DNA of 64,000 bases from Dimorphilus gyrociliatus (Eukaryota > Animalia > Annelida): assembly GCA_904063045.1 (NCBI GenBank), contig CAJFCJ010000006.1, positions 496,001 through 560,000 on the forward strand, in the 5' to 3' direction. Of the stretch, positions 11,341 to 24,500 are shown one piece after another. A program made the translations under genes and the position numbers. The notes under the pieces are model-generated. The model was not told the origin of the DNA, made no database searches, and was given only the letters and a program-made list of their open reading frames with translations. Positions within the stretch are counted from its first letter, which is position 1; every line of letters starts with the position of its first letter.

Positions 11341-13605
11341 ATGATTGTTGTTATTCAGCCAGGTTCTACCTATTTGCGGATAGGAAGGTACATAAACCAA
11401 TAACGTTGTTTTAATTCATTATCCTTTGCAATTATCCAGATCATCAGATCATTCTCCCTTAATGATACACCATTGCATTGCTCGAAGACATAAGAAAGTT
11501 TCTCAAAAAAAGGAATATTTCAACTATTATAGGGAATCAGTGACGGTTTGGTTTTAAATTTATTTTTTCAACTATTTAAGGTTAGTTGTTTTATTCGTAG
11601 GATAAAGAAAATACCCTACAAGATAAGGAAAGAGGAATAGCATATGCTGAAAGTTTACTGGCCTCCAAATACATGAGTAATAATTCGTATCGACAACCAA
11701 CGTCAATAAAAAAACATACCAGTGCCAATCAAAATGAAGAAGTTTGTGAGATATCTTCTCAGAAATCCTCTTTAACTGATTCATGTTTTGATAAGGAGCC
11801 TGAATATATTGTTGGTTCTGAGGCTTTACTGTTATCTGTAAGTATATTGGCTATTATTAGTTGGCGTTTTGGTTAAGATTTTTCTTGAAAAAGCCGGATG
11901 CTCCATATAACATACATTGGCCGGTCAAATGTGGACGATTAAATCTTCATAGCAAAGTAAATGGGGGTATTACGGGCGTACAATCTGATTTGACAGATAT
12001 TTGGAAATGGGTCCTGGAAAATCCGATGAAACTAACGCCTGAAGAAAGACGAAAGAGTCGGGTTGTTGTTGTTGTACCTGACATATTTGAAAGAATTTAC
12101 ATATCAACTATAGTGGGTATTTTGTTGGATCAGCTGGAGTTCACTGAAGTATTTCTGCACCAGGAAGCAGTTTGCTCAGCTCTGGGTGTGGGAGTTATAT
12201 CGGCATGCGTCATTGATATGGGTGATCAGAAAACAAGCATCACTTGTGTTGATGATGGTATAGCCTTAAGAAATTCGAGGTTGATTAGAAACTAAACATC
12301 GAAGATACAATATTAATAAAACTTTTTTCGCATTGATAGGCTAACTTTAGAAGTTGGAGGATCAGATATTTCTTTAATTTGGCATTGGCTCTTAAGAAAG
12401 TTAGGTCTGCCTTGGGATCAGTTTGATTGGAGACGCTACGATCATTTTTTACAATTGCAATCATGGAAAGAGCAGTTTTGCACTCTTGATCTGGTTGTTA
12501 TAGTATTTGTTTGCCCTCAAAAATTATATATGTTTTTGTTATTATAATTAATAGGATGATCATGGATCACATCTTCAGCATTTACACCTTAATCTACCTA
12601 ATACACGCCTGAAGAAGTTTCATTTGTTGGTAAGTTTGTCGACGAAGCGTATTTTAAGCAAAAAAGATATCTGTTGTTGTAATATAGATGGGAGACGAAC
12701 GCCTATTGGCACCAATGGCAGTCTTTTCCCCGAGTCTGTTTTCTAAATCAAGTCACAATATAAGAATTCCTTCTAAATTACCATCGAATTGTTCTGATGA
12801 TCCATTCGACGATGTTTTCGTCCAGCAATCTCAAATCAGGGGTCCTGGAGCTGGATCAGAAAATGTTGGTTATTATTAACTAATCATCAAAACAGTCGTT
12901 TAGAAATTGGCTATTGCAGACTAAGAAAGCAAAAAAGAAAATGAATACTGAGGAAGATTTAGTCGAAACTCACCATGCCGACGATGAAGATTCTTGTGAC
13001 GTTGTTGACACTCAATCTGTGCACTCTTTTGAAGTGGGAAATTCCAATTTGGCAGCAGTTTCCATGCGTGAGTATTTTTATGTTTCAACAAGAATTCACT
13101 TCTACATTTTTACAGCTGTTGCAATGAGTGGTCAAAGTGGTCCTGGACGACCGCCTAAACCAAAAATCACAGATGACTATGATCCAATCACCCTGACGGA
13201 TTTTCCTTCTTTACCCCAAGCTATTGCTCTTTGTATAGGCAAATGTGGTAAGGTACGACTTATCCGAAAATTCAAGTCTTAGAAGCTTTTCTTTCAGAAA
13301 CTGAAGAGCTACGGCGTAAAATGTGGTCAAATATTGTTTTAGTTGGAGGAGGTCTACTTTTTCCAGGTGCTTCCAATTTCTTACAGCAGTCATTATGGCC
13401 CTTACTGCCAGCTCATCTACAGCTTCAACCCGATTCTCTTGAAGTTCTCTCTCACCCAAAGGATGTTGATGCTAGACTTGTTGCATGGAAGGCTGCAACA
13501 GTTTTGTGCTGTTTAGACTCTGCTCAGGAGTTATGGATCTCAAGGACGGAGTGGCAGGACTTCGGTACCCGAATTATCAGAGAAAGAGTACCATTTGTTT
13601 GGTAA
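11341..13605 (+). CDS. ACTR8: Actin-related protein 8 (INO80 subunit); exact start uncertain
   Basis: IVVIQPGSTYLRIGR, YNIHWPVKCGRLN, FLHQEAVCSALGVG, CVIDMGDQKTSITCVDDG and a C-terminus ending LWISRTEWQDFGTRIIRERVPFVW*. About 9 short GT-AG introns restore the frame. Confidence 0.92.
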
Positions 13606-14062
13606 AGTTCTAGAAAGTACTAGTTTTAAATGTATATATCTGTTTATTGATATGTTTAAAAGAAATAAAACTATTTTTTGTTACATATCAAATTTCATTT
13701 TCATCTAATTATGAACTAGCGAATGAGTTGTTCAGTAGGGTGAACAACACTTTCAATTTTTTACATATGAGTTCAAAATGTGACTGTTTTTGCATATTTT
13801 CTTTGGTTACCAGTATAATCATTAATTAAAATGACAATCGTTTATCTTAAGTCTCTATACCATTTTATAGACAGCCAAGTTTCGTCTAAATTTGCTGTCA
13901 TCACAGTATAAAGTTTTTTTTTCTAAGGTCTTTAAAGAAAAATCCTGGGACTAAATTTGTTAAATTCGAAACAGGTCATGCAAAAGTGTAATTTTGACTT
14001 GATGATAACTTAGATTAAGTATGATAAAAATATTTTATTTGATATTTATTTTTTACAGCATA

Positions 14063-17000
14063 TTATATTAAAATAGAGTCAAAATTTTGACCATTACAGT
14101 TTCGTTCTCTGCATCCTAGTTCGTCGATTTCATTCAACTGTCTTCTGCAAATTTTACATACCTTGCTTTTAGAGCATGGGACTATTTCTCTCCATATCTG
14201 TAATAATTCAGACACCTGTTTTAGTCATATTATACGTCTATCTTATCCGACAAGATAATTTGCATGATTATAAATATTTTACAATTATCATCTTCAATAA
14301 TCATGACGAACATATTGGATCTAGCAATTTCTTACTTCTATAGAACCCTTGTTTATATATTCAATAAAGTAATTCTATTCATAGAGAAGCATATAAAGCA
14401 TGGAAAATTGTTCACGGTCAATTATGATAATATTTTAAAATCTTGCAATGCGGCTGAGCAATTTGAAACATATGACCCAATTATGATGGAAGGTTTGGAT
14501 AAATGCCTTCCTGCTTTAGCTGATAACAACGATCTAAGACCAATGGGACGTATTTTACACTGCTATAGAATACAAGCTGCCCTAAAATCAAGAGCCTCGA
14601 TTAGAAAATATCTATCGCTTAATCCTGAAATAAACTCTGAACCAGTTAATCGACCTGTTTTCATTATTGGTTTACCCAGGACTGGAACTACTCATTTGTT
14701 TAACTTATTATCACAAGATAGAAGGTTTAAAGCACCCCTAACATGGGAAATGAATTTCCCAGTCCCGCCGCCTTTAGGTAACGAAAGTTCACAAGACTCT
14801 CGAGTTAAAGCTACTAAGAGTATGTTTGGTAAGTTGAATAATAATTAATTCTATCAGACTATTCCATATACCGTTTTTATTTACTGTACAGAGACTCTGG
14901 TAAAAATTTATCCCTCAATCAAATATACTCATGATTTGCAAGCATTATCACCAGAGGAAGATGTTTGGATATTAGAGCGCTGCGGAATTTTCTCAGAATT
15001 TGAGTATTATTTTAATAATACCGAAGAATATTCGAATTGGTACAAGTATATGGATGAAGCTAAAATGATCGCAAGGTATCACTACTACAAACAAGAGTTA
15101 CAATGCATCGGAAAAAATTATGATATGAAACAAAGACATTGGTTGATTAAATGCAGATTGCATCTCTTTTGGCTTAGATCACTGCTGAAAGTGTTTCCAG
15201 ATGCTGTTCTAGTTTGGACTCATAGGCCTTTACAAAAATGTGTCCCATCTTATTGTTCTTTAGAGTATATTTTTTCTGAAGTTCAACAGATAGACCTACC
15301 AAATATGGAAGCATATAGAAAAAGAGTGTGCAAGCATTTATCGGATCTTGCGAATGAAGGCAAGTTTAATTCTTAAAAGTAATATGGTTAATTATTTTCT
15401 CTAAATTAAGGTACTATCGTAAGAAACAAACTCGAAAAAGAGCTAGGAAAGAAAGCTTCTCCATTTTACGACATTCAATTCAATGATTTGTGCAGAAACC
15501 CCCAGAGAGTTTTAGAAGATTTTTACAACTATCTAGGTTGGGATATCAGCAAAGAACTTCAAAAAAAGTTTGATAGCTATTTACAAAACAACCCAAAGGA
15601 TAAGCATGGAGTTCATAATTACTCTATGCAGGAGTTTGGCATAGATGAAAAGATGTTGACAGAGGAATTTAGTAACTACATGGATTACCATAAAAAACTT
15701 TTCTAAATATTATTCTTAGAAATAAATTCTTACACTACCTGTTTTAAAACGTCTACAAATTCATCCATCATTTCTTTTGTATGATGAGGTGTTGGCGCTA
15801 CTCGTAATAGTTCTTTCCCACGGGCCACCGTTGGGTAATTAATTGGCTGCACATAGATATTATTACGATCGAGCAGAGTGTGACCAATCTTCATTGCCAA
15901 CTGAGCATCACCTACCTAATGAGCAATTTTTTACTGGTTAAAACTATTTCCGTACTAATTAAGTAACACCTACATGAATAGGTATAATGTGACTTGGGCA
16001 TGGTACAACAGGAATATCACTCTTAATAAGCTTTTGCCTCAAGTATTTGACATTTTGCTGATGACGTAAACGAAGCAGTCTTCCTTCACAGCTTTTCAAA
16101 ATCCTCACTGATGTTAATGCCCCAGATAGGACAGTAGGAGGCAACGAAGTTGTAAATATAAATCCAGCCGCATAGCTTCTTATAAAGTCAATCAAGGTAG
16201 AATTTCCAGCAACATACCCACCCATGTTTCCAAATGCTTTACCTAGAAGCATAAAATTTTTAACGCAACAAACTATGAAATATTTTCTAACAATACCTAG
16301 TGTGCCAGATATTATATCTATTTTATCAGTAATACCATCGCGATCTGATATTCCGCCTCCTTTTTTACCATACAGTCCTACGGCGTGAACCTCATCGACG
16401 AATGTTAAGGCGTTATACTTTTTCGCTAAGTCGCATAATTGTTCGGCTTTACATACGGCACCTGTGTATATAAGATTAGTCACAATCCATTAGAAAATAT
16501 TTTTTTAAACTTTAGAATATTCTATTTTTACCTGTCATAGAGTGAACTGTTTCGAATGCTACTATTTTCGGCTCTGAAGGATCTGTTTGTCTAAGTAATT
16601 CTTCCAAATGATCAGGATCATTGTGTCGAAATATGGTTTTCTTTGCGTTACTATGTCGTATTCCTTCTATCATGGAAGCATGATTTCCGGCATCGGAAAA
16701 TATATGACAATCTGGGAGCAAAGTTTAAAGCAGATGCAATTTAATTACAAGGAATTTTATGTTAAGTACTTGGTAATAATTTTCCGAGAGTACACAATGT
16801 CGAATGATTGGCTACGTAACATGAAGTAAACAATAAAGAGCTTTCTTTTCCATGTAAATCTGCTAATTCGGTTTCTAATTCTTCGTGTGTAGTGGAATTT
16901 CCCGAGATATTCCTCGTGCCTCCAGATCCGGCACCTTGTTCCATTAATGCAGTTCTATCAAAAAGTGTGTATAATGACAACAGATGCAACTAACTGATTT

Positions 17001-17738
17001 TGAACGTACTTACAAAACTGATTTCTGAACGGATGGATGCCAACTCATACCTAAATAGTCATTGCTACACCACACAGATACTTCCTTATGACCAACCTTT
17101 TCATCAACTTCAGCTGATGGAAAGCTGGATCCTTTACGATTAATTTTCCTAAATATACGATATGAATGGTCTTGTTTTTTTTTCTCAATTTGTTCGCGAA
17201 AAAAATGATTGTAAGTGAATTGCTCTTCTGCCAATTCATCATGACCTATAAATATATAAACTCATACATTTGTCATTCAACTGGCTATTGTTGCCAAATA
17301 CCTCTAAGTTTTGGCTCGACTTGGCTGGAAAAGTGTCTTTTAACGGCATTGTAAATTGGTGTGTGCTTATTTGAACTTGTTTTCAGTTTTTTTTGACAAT
17401 CGTCGTTCTTTTTCGCTATTAATGAGTTGTGTGTACTAAAGTGATATTTATGTCGTTTAAATATATTACTTACCTTTTAGAACATAGTTCGCAGCTGCTG
17501 TTAGCTGAATTACGTCACTCATGGATTCCTTTGAAAGAAGCTTTTTTGACAGAAAAGGGCACTTGGATAGTGCCCGACTTATCTCTTTACCTTTACCTAT
17601 ATCCTCTACTGATTGTTCCCAAACAGAATATTTGCTTATTACGTGGGACATAACTGGACAACGTAGAATATTTCCAGAACTAGCTTGAATTTGTCCTACA
17701 TTCAATTTCGTTAAGAAAGGGCACTTTAGTACGTTCAT
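14063..17738 (-). CDS. ALAS: 5-aminolevulinate synthase (mitochondrial, PLP-dependent)
   Basis: Start MNVLKCPF at 17738 with three CP heme-regulatory motifs (KCPF, RCPV, KCPF). Core motifs [54 protein letters not shown]. The core ends ...EFVDVLKQ at a CAG|GTAGTG donor (15739/15738). A terminal exon at 14197-14063 reads [44 protein letters not shown], followed by two AATAAA signals (14045-14050, 14034-14039). Confidence 0.9.
14264..15706 (+). CDS. Sulfotransferase family 3 (bacterial/mycobacterial Stf-like), nested antisense in ALAS last intron
   Basis: Exons 14264 (or 14303)-14828, 14892-15359 and 15411-15706; intron 2 is GC-AG. 5'-PSB motif [29 protein letters not shown] 3'-PB motif, and a C-terminal [13 protein letters not shown]. 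Confidence 0.88.
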
Positions 17739-18530
17739 TTTCCCGTTCGTTGATTCTGTTGCGGCAAGATAAACTAATAGTATATATGAAATCGAAAAAA
17801 CCTGGTTTATCATGCGCATGTAATAATTTACATATCACCAAAAATATTAACATTCTATCTTAACTGATAGAAGTGAAATTTTCTGGAGGTTAATCTTATG
17901 TAAAGTGTAGAATAGAAACTGCTAGTCCATGACAGTTATCGTAAAGGAGGAACTTGGAGGAAAACGTAAATTGAAAACTTACAATCAAAAGGATTTTTTC
18001 ATAGGAAGTTAGAAAACACAGAAATGAAGAATAATCAAAATATGTGCTCCTCTCTCAGAGCGACAAGGTCAAGGCGAAGTCGATATATCGGACTATGCAG
18101 ATCAGGTAACCAGTTCAATTTTTTTATATGCATCGACTATAGATGGCGTGTCTTAAGCCAAACAAGTAGGCTTAACGTTTAAAGTTGGTGGCGCCGAGTT
18201 TTTATTGGCCCACTAACCCATTTCGACCTCCTTGTACCGGTTTCTTTTTCACGCTAGTTGTCGTATAGAGCACTCCTGATAATCGACTTATATTTAAATA
18301 ATTGTCGAAAAGTTGTTTTATCGTAAACTACGCGAATAACCGACCTGTTTCCTATGTAAGTCTTGGTTTTGTATTAATATCTGGGAAACACATCCAGATG
18401 CGTATATCATACACGCCTAGCGTTCTGCGCTAGTCTTCTACATGTTACGCTTTTAACTGTTCGCTTTCTCCTTTCAGATAAAATTCGAATGCGAGGTATC
18501 AGGTAGCGGTAATAGAACAAAGATAAAGTA

Positions 18531-21500
18531 ATGAATGCTTGGATTTTAGGATCCTGCCTAATACTATTCCATTGTAAGTACTTTTATTTGCAATTTTAGC
18601 GTAATATTTTATATGCTATTTTATTAAAATATTTAACAATCTTATTCCTAAAGTGTGATAGATGTTCGTAAGATTCTTTTCTTTGAATTAATCATTATTG
18701 TAGGCTTGATATTCCTTAAACTTTTTATCCATCTGCACTGGACCACCAATAGAGATATCAAGCTACATAAAAGCATCATAGGCCTATAAGAGTTTTTACG
18801 GCTTGGTCAAAGGTGATAGGGTTGTGTTTGTTCGCGCCTTTGCCGTATCGGCGTCGAGATAAATTAAGATAAAAAGGGAGAGTGAATTTTTTGTTTACGG
18901 TCAAAAGGCTATTGCACGATATTATCAAAATTTTATAATAATTATAATTTGCGCTTTTAAAATTTGGAAAAAGGTTTTAAAGCAACTTGTTTGAATTTTG
19001 CTTTAGATGCCTTGTGCATACAAGATCGAAGCTACACTTACTCGGACAGACCATCCTATTCTAATGAAGCACAATGCACAGATAAATTTTGTCGTTTACG
19101 TTCTGGTAATCTTATGATTGGAAGAACGAGTCCAAAATACTTGCGAGCATCTTCGACTTGCGGTACAAATGGAACGAGAAGTTCGTACTGCGTTATTCTT
19201 AACAAAAGATGTGGTAATTTAGAAGAGAATTCTAAACGATGTTACCTTTGTGAAAACAATGCGCACAACATTTCAAATGTCTTGAAATCAAATTATGAAT
19301 ACGAAAGGCGAAGAAAAAGAGATACTGAAGCAGCATGCGAACCGACTTACGCTACTTGGTGGCAAAGTGAAAACGGTATCCATAACGTATGGATACAGTT
19401 TGATCTACACGCAGAATTTTACTTGTCCCATATTACGATTTTGTTTAAAACTTTTCTGCCCGCCGCCATGTTGATTGAAAGAAGACGTGGACCTCCCGAT
19501 TCTTGGAACGTGCTCAGATATTACGCAGAGGACTGCAAATCGAGTTTTCCTGGAGTTTCAACAAAACTTCCCTCGAAAGTTGAAGATATAGTGTGCCATA
19601 ATAAATACTCGAAATCAATTTATCGCCCTTCCTACTTAGGGCAGTTTCAATTTCGACCTTTTCCGCCTTATTCAAACCCTTCTGAGTTGGAAATAGACAC
19701 ATTTGAATATCAAGATTACCTTCGATTTAACAGTCTGCGCATCAATTTTACGAAGTTGCACACCTTTGGAGATGAGTTATTAGCCAAGAGAAATGAAATT
19801 CTAAACAAATATTATTATGCAATATATGAATTAAGCGTCTATGGAATGTGTTCTTGTTATGGTCATGCTGATAAATGTCAGCTGGGAAAAATTGATGTGG
19901 ATGATTACCAAGTTGCGGCTAACAAAGAAGAAGGAGTAGTTTATTCCGTTTGTAATTGCTTGCATAACACTGATGGTAAAAATTGCGAAAAGTGTAAACC
20001 TCTTTACAACGATTTACAATGGGAGCCAGCTATCAGTAAAGTCTTCGAATGTCAAAGTAATTTAATACTTTATAAATTGTTTTTATATAGAACTATTATA
20101 TATAAACCTTCATTGTATAAATACAGAATGCGAATGCCACGGACATGCAGACTCTTGCAAATTCACACCAGAAATTTATGCTGAAAATATGGCAAAGTAC
20201 AATAAAAGTTCAGGTGGAAGCTGTAACTGTTACAAAAATTATACTGGAAATAATTGTCACATGTGCAGTTTGGGTTTCTATTTTCAATACGAATATCCAG
20301 ATGATTTCAGACGCCACGATGCATGTGTTGAATGTAACTGTGGAACAGGTAGTCGAGTAATTGACGCTCCTCGTGGTGGAGATCAAACTGATGTTATACA
20401 ATATGTTTGTCAACATCAAACTGAGCGAGACAGTCAAGGAAACATCCTGAAGAGAGCAGGGCAGTGCGAATGTAAAGAAAATGTTGAGGGTTATCATTGT
20501 GACATTTGCAAAGACGGGTTTTGGAATCTCACACTTGACAATCCTTTGGGATGTGAAAGTAAAAACGCTTCTTTAGTCACAAAAAAGATATTATAGTTCT
20601 GATATTTTGTAACTTTAACAGAGTGCACTTGCGCAAAAGAGGGGACGATTGAAAATAAGGGATGCAATAAAGTTACCGGAAAATGTGAATGTAAGCGTAA
20701 TGTTATTGGTAAAAATTGTGATCAGTGCAAAGTAAGAATTTTAATGAATGCTTAGAGGATATTTATTATTTTAAACTTATTTAGGAAAACACATACGGTC
20801 TCTCTGATAGAGAAGATGGATGTGCCGAATGTGACTGTCACTCCGGCGGTGCCAGAGAAGCAGGTTGTGATGTAAATACTGGTCAATGTAACTGTAGACC
20901 AAATATGGCTAATCGGACTTGTGGCGTTCCTAAATCTGCCTATTATGTGCCGAACATGGACTCTATTTTAATAGAAGCTGAAGTTTCCGTTATAGTAAGA
21001 AAAAAAGTTATATGATATCATTCCTAATTTAAAAATCAATAGGATCCTACTCCAAATACACCAATTGAAGAAATATATGACCTGGCTGGAATTCCTTCGA
21101 CAGGCAATGGTTTCATAGAGTTTCCGTATGGAGAAGAAATAAAATTTAATTACACACATAAGAAGCCGGACGGTCATTTTTTCATTGCCCTACGTCATTC
21201 TTATTTGCCTGTATGACTATCAACTTTTACTTATCACCTTGAAATTCTATTTCTAAATAGCATTACACTTTCAGAGATATTCGAATTTTGAAATAGATGT
21301 TAGAGTCGATGCTCATCAGCCTCAAAATAAATTTTGTAGTGAAAAAATTCAAACATCTCGACTGAAAGTAGAAGTAGATCAAGTATATACATTGGGACAT
21401 TCCGATAAATGCTTTGAACAATGGAAAAATTATACGATAACGCTTGGTCCTATTTACGAAAATGAATTCTACCTCGATTCAGTTCGTTAGACTGACCTTA

Positions 21501-24500
21501 TGATAAAATCAAATTTCACTTAATGTTGTCTTTTAGGTTATACTCTTTCCAAATATCGAAAAAGTGGACATCTTGGAATCAAAAAAGTATCCAGCTGGGA
21601 CACTCCAACGTCGTTTCTTTTATCATCACTGTGAGAGTCCGATTTTGGATTTAAGATACAGACAACAAGACAAATTAAGTGAAGATTGCTCAGATATGGC
21701 ATATATTATTATGGCTGTTGCTAATGATGGAGCTGATCGTAATTATTTAATTTCATAACTCAGGTCACAATTTCATTTTGTTCCGTTTAGCTTGCAACTG
21801 TGACAGCGAAGGAATAAATAAAACAAGTGAGTGCGAAAAACTGGGAGGAGATTGCACTTGCAAGAAGAATGTAGAAGGGACGAAATGTGATAGGTGCAAA
21901 AAAGGATATTTCAACCTCGCCCATCCTAACGGATGCCAGTGTTAGTTTCTTTTATTTCTAATTTTTATTTTCTTTATATTGAACCGAAATACACAGCATG
22001 TGATTGCCACGCTGAGGGAGCAACGGGAATTTCGTGTACTAGAAATGGAGATTGCATGTGCGACAAAGAAAAAAACATTACCGGTCAAAAGTGTGATCGC
22101 TGTATTGTGAGTTAGTTCATTTTTCAAGCTAATGATTTAAATTGTTTTATACCTCAGACACTTCACTACCGTTTCCCATTTTGTGATCCATGTGAATGCA
22201 ATAACATGGCTGATACCTGTAATAATCAAACAGGTGAGTGTCACTGTAAAAGTCATACAACTGGATGGAATTGTGATAAATGCGAAAAAAACTATTACAA
22301 CTCGTTGAAACCTTTGGGAAAAGTTAGGTGTGAAGCATGCAAATGTCCTGGAACACCTGACTCTCTTTCATACTTTGCTAGTGGTTGTGAGTTCTTGCCA
22401 AATCTGGGAAGAGCCAAATGTTTTTGCGATATTGGCTATGCTGGGTACGCCTGCGATGAATGCGCAAACGGTTATTATGGTAGACCAAAGTTTGGGGAGA
22501 AATGTAAAAAATGTGAATGCCACAATAACGTTGATCCTGACAGTGAAAAGATATGCGATAAGGAGAATGGAACTTGTTTTGATTGTTTATATCACACAAC
22601 GGGCAAAAATTGTGAACTTTGTAAGAATGGTTATTATCCTAACAATAAACTGCTCGATGGATATAATGATATGCCACCGTGTCTAGGTAATGAATTTAAA
22701 AATCAATTGATAAATTACTTCAAATCGTATAATATTAAAAACTTAACATTTTGAACAGATTGTAAGTGCAATTCTTTTGGAACAATCAAGAGAGATGAAA
22801 ATAATTGTGTCAATGATTATTCGGGGCAGTGTCGCTGTTTACCAAATGTGGTAGGGCGCGCATGTGACAAATGCGTAGATGATAAACATTGGAACTTCTA
22901 TAGTGGTTTGGGTTGTAAACCATGCGATTGTGACATAAAAGGGTCGCTGGATCCATTCTGTTATTCCGATTCAGATTTTAGCGGTCAGTGTAAATGCAAA
23001 ATTGGTCGAGGTGGAAGAAAATGTGATGAATGTGAGAATGATTATTACGGCGATCCTGAAGCTGATAACTGTCAAGGTAAAGACCTCATTCTTAATGTTA
23101 ATAGACTCTTAAAGCATTTTTTTTTTATAGAATGTAATTGCAATCCTTATGGAACTGAATACTCCGAAAGAAATATGCTTCAGCCCTGTAATAAAACCAC
23201 AGGACAGTGCAACTGCACTACAGGAATAACTGGTTTGAAGTGTGATATGTGTGCTAGAGGTACTAAAGGCAAAGCTCCTGCTTGTGAACCATGCGGAGAA
23301 TGTTTTGATAATTGGGATAGAATAATCAATGAACTAGCTGATAAAACAGATAACTTAATAAAAAATGCGACAAGTATAAAAACAGACGGAACTTCCGGTG
23401 CATTTAAAACAGAATTCAAGTATATGGATGATGTTCTTTCGAAAATACGAAAAATCATTAACAGTAACAATTTTACAAGAGAAGATTACGTGAAGAAACT
23501 TGCAATGGCCAAATCTATAAAGTCTGTTACATAAATTGTTTTATGCCTTCAATTAATATATTTAATATATCTTAATTTTTAGCGATTCTCTTCAATCCGT
23601 CGAGAAAACGTTTGAGAATTTGATGAAAAAAGTCGTTCCTCGAGAATTAGATCTAAAATCCTTGGAGCATGATAATTCAGAAACATTGCAATTATTTGAC
23701 AAATTACAAGCAAATGATACTAAGTTAAACAAGGAAGCTCAGAATTTACAGGACAAAGTAGTTAAAGGTGATTAAAGATTCACATAGAATTCGTGAATTA
23801 ACTAGAAAATTCTTCAATTAAGGTGCTGAAAAGAGTACGAAAGAAAGCTTAGAGAAAGTCAGACAAGCCAAAGAATTTTTGAAAGCAGCAAATGTTACAA
23901 GAAGATTAATAATTGAAGAAATTGATGAAGCTAGATTCAACATTCGATCTGGATCAGTAAGAATAATTTTAAAATATTTGATTTAGCTTTAAACTAAAAA
24001 TGATATTACATTTTAGGTTCATTTTGATGAAAAAGTTGCTAAGAACAAAGAAAGAATAGAAAAGCTATATCAAGATGTTTCACTTCAAGAAAATGACTTC
24101 TCAAATATCAACAGACTTGTAAGCTTAATTGTTTTCCACTGAAACAAGCTGTATATATATAAAACATTTGGTATTTTTATAGATATGCGGAGTTCAAGTG
24201 AAGGACTGTCACAAAACGTGTGGTGGTATAGGATGTAAGAAATGTGGAATTGAAGTTTCCTGTGCAAACAGCACTCTAGAGATCACCAATAGGGCTACAA
24301 TGTCAATTGAAAAATTTCACAAGACTGCTCAAGAAAAACGTGGTTCAATTAAAGATGCATTTAGTAAAACTGAAAAGAAAAAAAATAGCATGAACAATTG
24401 GCTAAATCAAATTGATAATCTGGCAGAGAGTATACATGATTTTATGAATACTACCAAATCGACACTAATTGATGTAAATGAGGTTTTAAACTATGCAAAG

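Noticed and set aside
15730-15738. ALAS ending at QVV* with a 23-nt gap to the convergent sulfotransferase as the only gene model
   Set aside because: A homologous-looking in-phase terminal exon with poly(A) signals exists at 14063-14197. The short end is kept only as a possible isoform.
17739-18300. Iron-responsive element in the ALAS 5' region
   Set aside because: No CAGWGH loop with a supporting stem was found on the ALAS strand.
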